Assembly (NCBI GenBank): GCA_963676565.1
Contig: OY781089.1
Coordinates: 3,008,001-3,072,000, forward strand
DNA length: 64,000 nucleotides
Reading direction: 5' to 3'
Source: Halarcobacter sp.
GTDB taxonomy: Bacteria > Campylobacterota > Campylobacteria > Campylobacterales > Arcobacteraceae
Below, in pieces: positions 9,366 through 19,439 of the stretch (its first letter is position 1; each line of letters begins with the position of its first letter). The notes beneath the pieces are model-generated. The model was not told where the DNA came from and searched no databases. It saw nothing but the letters and a program-made list of their open reading frames with translations. A program made the translations under genes and the position numbers.

Positions 9366-9386
9366 TTTTGTAACTATTTTGTAACT
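9366..9386. promoter_or_regulatory. 11-bp-period direct repeat TTTTGTAACT (candidate OmpR-type operator)
   Basis: TTTTGTAACT at 9366 and 9377 in the divergent peptide/wza intergenic region. Confidence 0.45.
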
Positions 9387-9476
9387 TTAAAATTTTAGCT
9401 ATTTTTTAGACAGTTTTATTTGATATTTAATAACTCATTGTGTTATGATAACAAAAAAATTTATAAAAGGATGTTT

Positions 9477-10277
9477 ATGGGGTTAAAGATAAAATCTATT
9501 TTTACTTTCTCTATTCTAATTGCTTTATTCAGTGGTTGTAGTCTAAAAGATTATAAACTTTTCCAAGAAGGTAATCTAGATATTGAAGAAACTACTGTTG
9601 TTGAAAAAGAAGAATATTATCAAGAAATGGCATTTGAGAATATAATCGCTCCAAATGATAGAGTTGATGTTACAGTTTATATTCAAGCTGGTCAAGGTAG
9701 TCAACAAATGACTTCGATTCTTACTAGTAGAGATGTAAACAATAGTAATACAATTCAAGAAAACATTGGATTACTTGTTACTAGAAAAGGAAGTGTTAGA
9801 CTTCCATTACTTGGAAGTGTAAATATTGCAGGGCTAACGCAAGATGAAGCTTCTAATTATCTAATTAAAGAATACAAAAAATTTATCAGAAACCCATATG
9901 TAATCGTTGAAATCAAAAACCAAAGAGTTATCGTAATAGGTGAAGTAAAATCGCCAGGTATCGTTCCAGTTACAAATGGTACAATGAATGTAATTGAAGC
10001 TATTGCAAGGACTGGTGACTTAACAGATATGGCATCTAGAAACAATATCAAAGTTATTAGAGGTGATTTAAGAAATCCTAAAGTTAGAACTATTAACCTT
10101 ACAAGAATGGATGAATTATCTGTTTCAAGTTTATACTTAAAACCAAACGATATATTATATGTACAACCTAGAAATCTTAAAGGTTATAATAGAGCATTTA
10201 ATGATATCAACCCATTTTGGAATATGTTATCTAGTATCCTAGATCCACTAAACCAAAGAAAAACTCTTATAGAATAG
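9477..10277 (+). CDS. wza: Polysaccharide export outer-membrane lipoprotein (Wza family)
   Basis: Lipobox LFSGC; G.V.LPLLG.V...GLT Poly_export motif and SLBB domain; start placed at ATG 9477 after AAGGA SD. Confidence 0.88.
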   Translation: MGLKIKSIFTFSILIALFSGCSLKDYKLFQEGNLDIEETTVVEKEEYYQEMAFENIIAPNDRVDVTVYIQAGQGSQQMTSILTSRDVNNSNTIQENIGLLVTRKGSVRLPLLGSVNIAGLTQDEASNYLIKEYKKFIRNPYVIVEIKNQRVIVIGEVKSPGIVPVTNGTMNVIEAIARTGDLTDMASRNNIKVIRGDLRNPKVRTINLTRMDELSVSSLYLKPNDILYVQPRNLKGYNRAFNDINPFWNMLSSILDPLNQRKTLIE

Positions 10278-10294
10278 TATAAGGGTTATCATTA

Positions 10295-12652
10295 ATGGAA
10301 CAAAATAAATATATACAACATACAAATGATGAAATAGATTTAAAACAAGTATTTAAAACCATTCTTAAATACAAGTTTTTTATCTTTTTTACGATTTTAA
10401 TATTTACTATAGGTTCAGCTGTATTTGCTTATGTTAAGCCAAATATCTATTCTTCTTCTGCAACTATTGAAGTAAAAGAGGAAGAAAGAGGTTGGAACAC
10501 AAGTTCAGCACTAAAAGAAGCATTTAGTGGAACTGGAGTTAATATAGAAAATCAAATTGAAGTTTTTAAATCAAAGTTTTTAGCTGATAGAGCAGCTAGT
10601 TACTTAAATCTTGGGACAAGATATTTTACAAAAAATAACTATAGAACATATGAGTTCTATCAAAATTCTCCTTTTGTTGCTACAAAAGAGTTTATAGATG
10701 ATGAATTCTACAATAAAACTTTTTATATACAACCTTTATCAAAAGATACTTTTAAACTAATTATTAAACCTAGTAACAAATGGTCAAAGTCTGGGATTTT
10801 AGATCTATTAGGTGTTAGAAAATTTGAGGACATAGATCTTTTTAAGTATGAAAAAATCCATAAATATAATGAAGAGATAAAAACACAATGGTTTAATATA
10901 AAAATTCAAAAGATTAGTGAACTAGAAGAAAGTGAATATTCTTTTTATTTTGTTCATGAGTCTTCATTTGTAGACTACTACTATAATTTATCAATTGAGC
11001 AAGTTTCTGAATTTGCGAGTGTATTAAGACTTTCTATTTTAGATACTGTTTCAACTAGAGCAAAAGATCTTTTAAATGCTATGTTAAAGGCATATAGAGA
11101 TCAAGAAAGAGAAAGAAAAAATGAAACAGCAAACTTATCTTTAGACTTTATTGATTCTCAACTTGAAGAGATAAATAAAAGACTTAAGGCTTCAGAGGGA
11201 AAACTTGAAGAGTATAAAGAGACTAACGAAGTAATTGATTTATCACAAAAAGCAAAAATGACTTCAGAAAAATTAACTGATTATGAAAGTAAACTTCAAG
11301 AGATATCAATAGAACAAAATATCTTAAAAAATTTACAACAATATATCAATAAAAATCACAATTTATCTGGTCTAGCAGTTGGATCAATAAGCTTTGCTGA
11401 TCCTTCATTATCAAATATGGTTAAAAACTTAACCGAGTTATCAAATCAAAGAGATAACTTACTTATTGATTATACAGAGTTACACCCTGATATTGTAAAA
11501 CTTAGTCAATCAATTGCAACACTAAGAAGAAATATTAAAACTGTTTTAAGTAATAACTTAAATCAAATAGCACAAAGAAAAGCTTCTTTAGAATCTTTGA
11601 TTAGACAATATACAAAATCTTTAGAAACACTTCCTCAACAAGAAAAAGAGCTAACAAGACTTACAAGATATTTTTCTGTAAATGAAAAAGTATATTCATA
11701 TTTACTTGAAAAAAGAGCTGAAACAGCTATCTTAAAATCATCTACAATCTCTAATTCAAGAGTATTGGATGAAGCATTAAATTACCCTATTCCTGTTAAA
11801 CCAAAAAGAATGTTAATAGTTTTAGTTGGTATGATATTAGGTGGAATTGTTGGTATTGCTTACGCATTTTTAAGAGAGTTTTTAAATGATACAGTTAAAA
11901 ATACAGAGGAAATTGAAAGATATAGTTCAATTCCAATTTATGGTGTTGTTCCTCTTAATAAAAACAAAAAAACAAAAAATATCTTCCTTGAATCATTTAG
12001 GTCAATTAGAACAAACTTACAGTTCTTGCCACAAACAGAATCAAGTAGAGTTATTACAGTAACTTCTTCTGTATCAGGAGAAGGGAAAACAACTGTTGTT
12101 GCAAAAATTGCTGAAATAATAGGTCAAACAAATAAAAAGGTTGTTGTTTTAGATATAGATATGAGAAAAGCTAGTGTTCATAAAGAGTTTGATGTAGATA
12201 ATGTTATAGGATTAAGTAATTATCTAACTGGACAAAATACACTAAAAGATGTAATCTCTAAAACAGAGTCTGAAAATGTTGATTTAATTACTACAGGGCC
12301 TCTTCCTCCAAATCCTTCAGAATTGATTTTATTAGATAACATGAAAACCTTAATTGAAGATTTAAAAGAGGAATATGATTATATTATTATAGATACGCCA
12401 CCTGTTGGTCTTGTAACAGATGCACTTATTCTTATGAACTATGCAGATATTTCATTTGTATTAGTTAGAGCTGATTACACGAGAAAAGAGTTTATCAAAA
12501 ACCTTGATAGACTAGCGCGTGAACACTCACACAATCATATTGGTATGATTTTAAATGGTGTTGAAATTGGTGAAAAATATGGATACGGTTATGGTGTAAG
12601 TTATGGATATGGTTACGGAAATGACAAATATTATAAAGATAGACCTAGTTAA
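10295..12652 (+). CDS. wzc: Polysaccharide co-polymerase / BY tyrosine kinase
   Basis: DEIDL N-terminus, two TM segments, ESFRSIRTNL, Walker A GEGKT, DIDMRK, IIDTPP, C-terminal tyrosine cluster YGYGYGVSYGYGY. Confidence 0.93.
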   Translation: MEQNKYIQHTNDEIDLKQVFKTILKYKFFIFFTILIFTIGSAVFAYVKPNIYSSSATIEVKEEERGWNTSSALKEAFSGTGVNIENQIEVFKSKFLADRAASYLNLGTRYFTKNNYRTYEFYQNSPFVATKEFIDDEFYNKTFYIQPLSKDTFKLIIKPSNKWSKSGILDLLGVRKFEDIDLFKYEKIHKYNEEIKTQWFNIKIQKISELEESEYSFYFVHESSFVDYYYNLSIEQVSEFASVLRLSILDTVSTRAKDLLNAMLKAYRDQERERKNETANLSLDFIDSQLEEINKRLKASEGKLEEYKETNEVIDLSQKAKMTSEKLTDYESKLQEISIEQNILKNLQQYINKNHNLSGLAVGSISFADPSLSNMVKNLTELSNQRDNLLIDYTELHPDIVKLSQSIATLRRNIKTVLSNNLNQIAQRKASLESLIRQYTKSLETLPQQEKELTRLTRYFSVNEKVYSYLLEKRAETAILKSSTISNSRVLDEALNYPIPVKPKRMLIVLVGMILGGIVGIAYAFLREFLNDTVKNTEEIERYSSIPIYGVVPLNKNKKTKNIFLESFRSIRTNLQFLPQTESSRVITVTSSVSGEGKTTVVAKIAEIIGQTNKKVVVLDIDMRKASVHKEFDVDNVIGLSNYLTGQNTLKDVISKTESENVDLITTGPLPPNPSELILLDNMKTLIEDLKEEYDYIIIDTPPVGLVTDALILMNYADISFVLVRADYTRKEFIKNLDRLAREHSHNHIGMILNGVEIGEKYGYGYGVSYGYGYGNDKYYKDRPS

Positions 12653-12662
12653 TAGGTCTTCT

Positions 12663-13415
12663 TTATACTAACTTATAATTTTTAATTCTATTATTTTCAA
12701 ATAATTTGTGAGTTTCTTTTGCAAAAACTGCTTTGCTAAATGAATCTAAATACTTCTCTCCATGTATATCACTACCAACAAAATCAATAAGTCCATTGTC
12801 AGATAAATATTTTGCAGCAGCTTTTGGTTTTTTACCATAAAAACCAATTAAAGAATTGAGATTTATTTGAAACCTAACACCACTTTGTTTTAATTTATCA
12901 TATTTTGAGAAGTTTGATGAAAAATATGAATATCTCTCAGGATGAGCTAAAATAGGTCTATACCCTTTTGAAAGTAAATTAAAGATAGTTTGCTCTAAGC
13001 CAAAGGGTTTATTTGTATAAGAAAGTTCAAATAAAACGTATTTGTCTTTTCCAAAATATAATAAGTCATCATTTTCAATAAGTTCTAAAAAATTTTCATC
13101 AAAATAGTACTCTGCAGAAGCAATAAGTTCTATATCTATATTTCTATTTTTTAGTTCTTGTTTAAGTTTTTCACAACCATCTAGAATAATCTCTTTTGTA
13201 TTTGGAAATCTATGGGCCATAATATGTGGAGTTGTGATAATCTTATTAAATCCAAGTTTTTTTATACCTTGGATAATTTGTATTGATTCATCTAAAGTTT
13301 TTACACCATCATCAATCCCAGGGATTAGATGAGAGTGTAAATCTGTGGTATAGAATTCAGGTTTATAGTCTTTTGATTTTTTTTCAAAAATTGAACTAAA
13401 AAGTTTTTTAACCAA
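12663..13415 (-). CDS. CpsB/CapC-type PHP-family protein-tyrosine phosphatase
   Basis: DLHSHLIPGIDDG, TPH, AHPERY, GSD.H motifs; adjacent to wzc. Confidence 0.9.
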   Translation of the reverse strand: MVKKLFSSIFEKKSKDYKPEFYTTDLHSHLIPGIDDGVKTLDESIQIIQGIKKLGFNKIITTPHIMAHRFPNTKEIILDGCEKLKQELKNRNIDIELIASAEYYFDENFLELIENDDLLYFGKDKYVLFELSYTNKPFGLEQTIFNLLSKGYRPILAHPERYSYFSSNFSKYDKLKQSGVRFQINLNSLIGFYGKKPKAAAKYLSDNGLIDFVGSDIHGEKYLDSFSKAVFAKETHKLFENNRIKNYKLV

Positions 13416-13431
13416 AATTAAACCTTTATTT

Positions 13432-13459
13432 TAGAGTAATGAATTATATCATTACTCTA
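13432..13459. terminator. Hairpin immediately downstream of the adhesin gene
   Basis: TAGAGTAATGA-attata-TCATTACTCTA, 11-bp perfect stem. Confidence 0.55.
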
Positions 13460-16400
13460 TTAAATTACTGTAATATCCTGATCAATAAGAAGTTTTAAAG
13501 TTTGATTACTACTATCAGTATAAGTATATTCTTCATAACCGTCTGCTGTTGGTGTTGAATTACCCCAAATAGTTGAATCTAATGCAATTTTATCTGAACT
13601 ATCTCCATCTATTTTTAATTCATTATCATCTGAGATTGCTAAGAAGTTATCAATTGAAAGATTTGATAATATATGCATTCCATCTTCAGTTAAATCAATT
13701 GATTCTACTTTTGCACCACTAGCAGATTCTAAAATTTCTAACATATTATATAATCCTGCATCACTTGAAGAAATATCTCCTAAAGTTACTGAATTATTAG
13801 AAATTGAAACTCCTGGATTCTCTCCATTAATATCTAATGTTACTTCTTCTACATTACTTTGGTTCCCATCTGGGTCTGTTACTAGTACATTAAATTTTGC
13901 TGTTATACTTTCACCTAAATCTAATCCATCTACTTCTTCTGAGTATACATACAAGTCACCCTTTTGCGCTCCAAATTTTGTTACTAAATCTGCAAAGTCA
14001 CCATCTAAATCTGCTTGTGTTAATTGAATTACACCATTTGTTGTTGAACTTGTTATATCTCCTGTTTCATCTGCAAAGCTTGAACTATCTCTTACTAATG
14101 ACAATCCAAATTCACTATCCTCTGCATCTTCTACTCCTAACATTGCTAGTAATGCTGATGCTGATATTACTGTCTCATAGTTTGACACTGGTCCATAATC
14201 TGCAAATGATGTCTCATTTATTGTGATTGTTGGTGCTACTGTGATTACTGGTGCTTCATCTACTCCATTAATATCTAATGTTACTTCTTCTACATTACTT
14301 TGGTTTCCATCTGGGTCTGTTACTAGTACATTAAATTTTGCTGTTATACTTTCACCTAAATTTAATCCATCTACTTCTTCTGAGTATACATACAAGTCAC
14401 CCTTTTGCGCTCCAAATTTTGTTACTAAATCTGCAAAGTCACCATCTAAATCTGCTTGTGTTAATTGAATTACACCATTTGTTGTTGAACTTGTTATATC
14501 TCCTGTTTCATCTGCAAAGCTTGAACTATCTCTTACTAATGACAATCCAAATTCACTATCCTCTGCATCTTCTACTCCTAACATTGCTAGTAATGCTGAT
14601 GCTGATATTACTGTCTCATAGTTTGACACTGGTCCATAATCTGCAAATGATGTCTCATTTATTGTGATTGTTGGTGCTACTGTGATTACTGGTGCTTCAT
14701 CTACTCCATTAATATCTAATGTTACTTCTTCTACATTACTTTGGTTTCCATCTGGGTCTGTTACTAGTACATTAAATTTTGCTGTTATACTTTCACCTAA
14801 ATTTAATCCATCTACTTCTTCTGAGTATACATACAAGTCACCCTTTTGCGCTCCAAATTTTGTTACTAAATCTGCAAAGTCACCATCTAAATCTGCTTGT
14901 GTTAATTGAATTACACCATTTGTTGTTGAACTTGTTATATCTCCTGTTTCATCTGCAAAGCTTGAACTATCTCTTACTAATGACAATCCAAATTCACTAT
15001 CCTCTGCATCTTCTACTCCTAACATTGCTAGTAATGCTGATGCTGATATTACTGTCTCATAGTTTGACACTGGTCCATAATCTGCAAATGATGTCTCATT
15101 TATTGTGATTGTTGGTGCTACTGTGATTACTGGTGCTTCATCTACTCCATTAATATCTAATGTTACTTCTTCTACATTACTTTGGTTTCCATCTGGGTCT
15201 GTTACTAGTACATTAAATTTTGCTGTTATACTTTCACCTAAATTTAATCCATCTACTTCTTCTGAGTATACATACAAGTCACCCTTTTGCGCTCCAAATT
15301 TTGTTACTAAATCTGCAAAGTCACCATCTAAATCTGCTTGTGTTAATTGAATTACACCATTTGTTGTTGAACTTGTTATATCTCCTGTTTCATCTGCAAA
15401 GCTTGAACTATCTCTTACTAATGACAATCCAAATTCACTATCCTCTGCATCTTCTACTCCTAACATTGCTAGTAATGCTGATGCTGATATTACTGTCTCA
15501 TAGTTTGACACTGGTCCATAATCTGCAAATGATGTCTCATTTATTGTGATTGTTGGTGCTACTGTGATTACTGGTGCTTCATCTACTCCATTAATATCTA
15601 ATGTTACTTCTTCTACATTACTTTGGTTTCCATCTGGGTCTGTTACTAGTACATTAAATTTTGCTGTTATACTTTCACCTAAATTTAATCCATCTACTTC
15701 TTCTGAGTATACATACAAGTCACCCTTTTGCGCTCCAAATTTTGTTACTAAATCTGCAAAGTCACCATCTAAATCTGCTTGTGTTAATTGAATTACACCA
15801 TTTGTTGTTGAACTTGTTATATCTCCTGTTTCATCTGCAAAGCTTGAACTATCTCTTACTAATGACAATCCAAATTCACTATCCTCTGCATCTTCTACTC
15901 CTAACATTGCTAGTAATGCTGATGCTGATATTACTGTCTCATAGTTTGACACTGGTCCATAATCTGCAAATGATGTCTCATTTATTGTGATTGTTGGTGC
16001 TACTGTGATTACTGGTGCTTCATTACCACCATTTACTGTTAATGATATAGTTGATGAATCTACTAATATACCATCTGATACTTGATAATCAAAATTTATT
16101 TCTAGTTTTTCATTTGGTGTTAATAAATTAAAATATGGACTATTTAAAGTATATGTACCATCACTTTGCACATCTATACTTAAAACATTATTTGTCTGTA
16201 AAAGATCAACATATTTTTCACTTATAACACCCTCAATAGTAAGCTTTCCTGTTGTCAAATCAATATTAACTGGAGCTAAATTATTTAAATAAGTTATTGC
16301 ATCATTTATTGTTGTTGTAGGATCTAAAAGATAGGCTTCAATCTCTTGTAACTTTTGACTATCATCAATTACTGCTGATACTAAAGGATTACTTACAAGT

Positions 16401-17932
16401 TCTAAAAAATAAGTTTTTAAAACTTGTGTAAATTCAGGGCTAGGATTGTTTAATGCAGATACAATTGACATATTTGTTGTACTTAATGAAATATTTAAAT
16501 TTCCTGCATATGAATATTCGATATCATCACCATTTACATCAGTTGCATTCCCTGCCACACTTCCTGTAAAATTGTAATCTACAATCTCTGTTCCACCAAT
16601 TGTCACATCATTTAAATCATTCTCTTCTACTATATTTGATTCTTCTGTTGAAACGGGTGCATCGTTTGAAGTAAACTTATTTTCTAAATTTTCTACTTGA
16701 ACTCTTTGAATCTCAGCCATTGTTGCAAATGGGTCTAGAGCATTAATAGATTCTTCAACTTGTACATTAATATTAGCAATACTTGATGAAATCCCTTCAA
16801 AATCTAAAGTTGGATTATCATTTGTAATTTCTCTCATAAATATTTCAATATCAGCAGAATTAGATAAATCAAATTGAGGATTATTTTGAAGAATTTGTGC
16901 TAAATAATCAAAAGCCAATAATGATGCATCTGCTTCACTTCCCCCTTCTAAATTACTAAATAAAGCTGCACTTAAATTAACTAAGTTTGCAATTTGTACA
17001 GCAACAATTTGAACTTGTGGATTTTGTTCTTGGATAGGATCATAATTTAACAAATCAATATTTGTATCCAATCCAAAAGTAGTTGCAATTAAATCTTCTG
17101 CTTCACTTTCAGTTAAACCATCTTTTACAAGCTCATGCAATAGTGTACTTAAAGGTGAAACTGTTGTTGAGCCAGTAGGAGCAGTATAGAAGCCTTCAAA
17201 TGGTAATCCAGTAGAGATATCTGTTCCACCAAAAGCTACAATTGGTCCTGCATCTAATTCAGTTTGTGTTAATCCAGTAAAACTAAAATCCCCATTTGCA
17301 TCTGTTGTAGTAGAGTTCTCACCAATGTCTAAAGAACCATTATTGTTTGCATCAATAAAAACTGTTGAACCTGCAATATATCCATCAATTAGTTTTCCTG
17401 AATATAATATAGAAGAAATACCTGTTTCGTCATTGTTTTGATTTAAATTAACAAATAAAGGAAGAAATCCATTTTGTGTAAGTTCATTGTCAATATCTAA
17501 TCTTCCTGCAAGTGTAGGAGTATTATCAAATGTTAGTTCATTATTTTGAGTTGGATTTTGAGTTCCATCACCTTGAGTAATAACTTCGCCCCCAGCAGCT
17601 GAAGCTTCAAGTGCACTTGCTAAATCAGAAATACTATAAGTATTTTCTGTATCAGTTTGAATTAATTTAATTAGATCAGAACCATCATTTGAATTAAGAA
17701 TTTCTACCATCCCTTTTAAAACTATTTTAAAAGTTTGTGCATTATCATTAAATGTTAAAGTTAAGTCTTCTCCATTATTTGTAAGTTCTGACTTATAAGA
17801 TATATCAGAAGACAATTCGATATTTATTGTCTTGCCTTTTTGGAAATCTCTTAAAATCAATTCATTAATGTCATTCTTTGACATAAGATTTTCTAAATTT
17901 ATACTTTTTTCATATTTTTCTATTGATAACAT
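13460..17932 (-). CDS. Large acidic repetitive surface protein (LapA/Bap-like, probable type I secretion substrate) with VCBS/cadherin-like Ig repeats
   Basis: 1490 aa, no Sec signal, LEASAAG at aa 108-114, DGYIAG..FID.N.NG..D.GE domain, 5x147-aa repeats, C-terminus resembling T1SS target tails (IDL...L.I.GD..D...LLIDQDI). Confidence 0.8.
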   Translation of the reverse strand: MLSIEKYEKSINLENLMSKNDINELILRDFQKGKTINIELSSDISYKSELTNNGEDLTLTFNDNAQTFKIVLKGMVEILNSNDGSDLIKLIQTDTENTYSISDLASALEASAAGGEVITQGDGTQNPTQNNELTFDNTPTLAGRLDIDNELTQNGFLPLFVNLNQNNDETGISSILYSGKLIDGYIAGSTVFIDANNNGSLDIGENSTTTDANGDFSFTGLTQTELDAGPIVAFGGTDISTGLPFEGFYTAPTGSTTVSPLSTLLHELVKDGLTESEAEDLIATTFGLDTNIDLLNYDPIQEQNPQVQIVAVQIANLVNLSAALFSNLEGGSEADASLLAFDYLAQILQNNPQFDLSNSADIEIFMREITNDNPTLDFEGISSSIANINVQVEESINALDPFATMAEIQRVQVENLENKFTSNDAPVSTEESNIVEENDLNDVTIGGTEIVDYNFTGSVAGNATDVNGDDIEYSYAGNLNISLSTTNMSIVSALNNPSPEFTQVLKTYFLELVSNPLVSAVIDDSQKLQEIEAYLLDPTTTINDAITYLNNLAPVNIDLTTGKLTIEGVISEKYVDLLQTNNVLSIDVQSDGTYTLNSPYFNLLTPNEKLEINFDYQVSDGILVDSSTISLTVNGGNEAPVITVAPTITINETSFADYGPVSNYETVISASALLAMLGVEDAEDSEFGLSLVRDSSSFADETGDITSSTTNGVIQLTQADLDGDFADLVTKFGAQKGDLYVYSEEVDGLNLGESITAKFNVLVTDPDGNQSNVEEVTLDINGVDEAPVITVAPTITINETSFADYGPVSNYETVISASALLAMLGVEDAEDSEFGLSLVRDSSSFADETGDITSSTTNGVIQLTQADLDGDFADLVTKFGAQKGDLYVYSEEVDGLNLGESITAKFNVLVTDPDGNQSNVEEVTLDINGVDEAPVITVAPTITINETSFADYGPVSNYETVISASALLAMLGVEDAEDSEFGLSLVRDSSSFADETGDITSSTTNGVIQLTQADLDGDFADLVTKFGAQKGDLYVYSEEVDGLNLGESITAKFNVLVTDPDGNQSNVEEVTLDINGVDEAPVITVAPTITINETSFADYGPVSNYETVISASALLAMLGVEDAEDSEFGLSLVRDSSSFADETGDITSSTTNGVIQLTQADLDGDFADLVTKFGAQKGDLYVYSEEVDGLNLGESITAKFNVLVTDPDGNQSNVEEVTLDINGVDEAPVITVAPTITINETSFADYGPVSNYETVISASALLAMLGVEDAEDSEFGLSLVRDSSSFADETGDITSSTTNGVIQLTQADLDGDFADLVTKFGAQKGDLYVYSEEVDGLDLGESITAKFNVLVTDPDGNQSNVEEVTLDINGENPGVSISNNSVTLGDISSSDAGLYNMLEILESASGAKVESIDLTEDGMHILSNLSIDNFLAISDDNELKIDGDSSDKIALDSTIWGNSTPTADGYEEYTYTDSSNQTLKLLIDQDITVI
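13822..16023. repeat. Five tandem 441-bp intragenic repeats
   Basis: Shadow ORFs recur exactly every 441 bp (13897, 14338, 14779, 15220, 15661); copies appear identical apart from about 2 substitutions in the leftmost copy. Confidence 0.97.
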
Positions 17933-17976
17933 TGAGTATCCTTCATAATTTTATAAATAATATAATAACAAAAAAG

Positions 17977-18026
17977 TAGTCACTTTATAGTTACATAAAG
18001 AAAATTCTAAAGATTATTTGTAACTA
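17977..18026. promoter_or_regulatory. GTAAC-type repeats in the divergent adhesin/regulator promoter
   Basis: TAGTCAC (17977) and TAGTTAC (17988) at 11-bp spacing, plus TTTGTAACTA at 18017. Confidence 0.4.
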
Positions 18027-18045
18027 ATTATGTTATGATAAACTT

Positions 18046-18738
18046 ATGAATGTATCATTAAATAAAATCCTTAAACAAAGCAATGTCTTATATCTTTCTA
18101 GTAATGATAAATTATGTAAGCAAACAATAAATATCTTAAAACTTTTTTTTAAAAAAATAATTTTTAGAGATAATGTAGAAAAGGCTATTTTAGCATTTGA
18201 TAATATATTTATACATTTAATAATAACAGAAATAGATTTATATGAATCAAATGGAATTGAATTTATTAAAAAAATTAGAAGTATAAATAATAAGATTCCT
18301 ATTATTGTAATTACTGAAAACAAAAGTATAGATGTCTTATTAGAAGTTGTCAAGTTAAACTTAACTGATTATATTATTAAGCCAACAGATGTAAATAAAT
18401 TAATCACTAGTTTAAATATTAGTGCAAAAAAAATATACAATAGTGGTGAAATTGTAAATATAATAAATGACCATCTTACATATAATTATTTAGATAAATC
18501 TCTTCTTTACGATAATTCTGTAATAAACTTAACAAAAAAAGAGTCAAAATTATTTGAACTTCTATTATTACATAAAAATAAAATTGTAAAAATAGAAGAT
18601 ATAAAAAAACATATATGGATAGATAAAGAAGTTTCTGATTCTGCTTTAAAAACTATGTTTAGTAGATTGACAAAAAAAATAGGAAAAGATGTTATAACCA
18701 ACTCATTTGGAGTTGGTTATGGAATTTATGAAAAGTAA
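18046..18738 (+). CDS. OmpR-family response regulator with degenerate (pseudo-)receiver domain
   Basis: Receiver fold (NGIEFIKKIR, DYIIKP) plus winged helix (LTKKE..L..LL, GVGY); acidic pocket replaced (YLSSN) and acceptor site reads IITEI. Confidence 0.85.
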   Translation: MNVSLNKILKQSNVLYLSSNDKLCKQTINILKLFFKKIIFRDNVEKAILAFDNIFIHLIITEIDLYESNGIEFIKKIRSINNKIPIIVITENKSIDVLLEVVKLNLTDYIIKPTDVNKLITSLNISAKKIYNSGEIVNIINDHLTYNYLDKSLLYDNSVINLTKKESKLFELLLLHKNKIVKIEDIKKHIWIDKEVSDSALKTMFSRLTKKIGKDVITNSFGVGYGIYEK

Positions 18739-18743
18739 TTTAC

Positions 18744-19439
18744 TTATTTTTGTAACTTCTCTACAATTTTTATCATATATTCAGCTGAGTTTTTTGCAGA
18801 TGATTTTAAGAATTCATCAAAATCAAATCCTGCATCCATATCAGCTGTATCAGAAATAGCTCTTAAAACTAAGAATGGAACATCTAAAGCATCACAAATC
18901 ACTGCAACACTAGCTCCTTCCATTTCAAGGGCATCTGCATTGAAAGTGCTTTCTATAAACTCTTTTCGTTCAGTTGAATGTACAAATTGATCTCCTGTAG
19001 CAATAGTTCCTTCCAAAACTGAAATTTTATTTTCATGTGCAACATCAAAAGCAACTTGTCTCAGCTCTTTTGAAGTCTCAACAAAAACCTTTCCACCAGG
19101 AACAAAACCATTTGGATGTCCAAATGCAGTAATATCTAAATCGTGTTGACAAAGTTTATCAGCAATAATTAAATCACCAATTTTTAGTTTTGGGTTTATT
19201 CCCCCTGCAACACCAGAAAAAAGTAAAGTATCACATCCAAACTTCTCAATCATTGTACTTGCTGTTAAACTTGCGAAAACTTTTCCAATTTTTGAATAAG
19301 CAATTACAATATCAAGACCGTTTAAATTTACTTCATAGTATTTATTATTTGCAAATTCAGTTACTTTAACATCATCAAAGTATTCTAGAAGAGGCTCAAT
19401 CTCCTCTTCCATTGCACCCATTATTGCTAATTTAGTCAT
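18744..19439 (-). CDS. mtnN: 5'-methylthioadenosine/S-adenosylhomocysteine nucleosidase
   Basis: AIMGAMEEE, SKIGKV, EMEGA, RAISD motifs. Confidence 0.95.
   Translation of the reverse strand: MTKLAIMGAMEEEIEPLLEYFDDVKVTEFANNKYYEVNLNGLDIVIAYSKIGKVFASLTASTMIEKFGCDTLLFSGVAGGINPKLKIGDLIIADKLCQHDLDITAFGHPNGFVPGGKVFVETSKELRQVAFDVAHENKISVLEGTIATGDQFVHSTERKEFIESTFNADALEMEGASVAVICDALDVPFLVLRAISDTADMDAGFDFDEFLKSSAKNSAEYMIKIVEKLQK

Noticed and set aside
12575..12635. YG repeat at the end of wzc
   Set aside because: Standard BY-kinase autophosphorylation tyrosine cluster.
13897..15990. Repeated 109-aa and 81-aa plus-strand ORFs
   Set aside because: Antisense shadows of the 441-bp adhesin repeats; no independent RBS evidence.
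13822..16023. Possible CRISPR array or multi-copy IS
   Set aside because: Units are 441 bp, contiguous, in-frame and coding, with no spacers, terminal inverted repeats or transposase.
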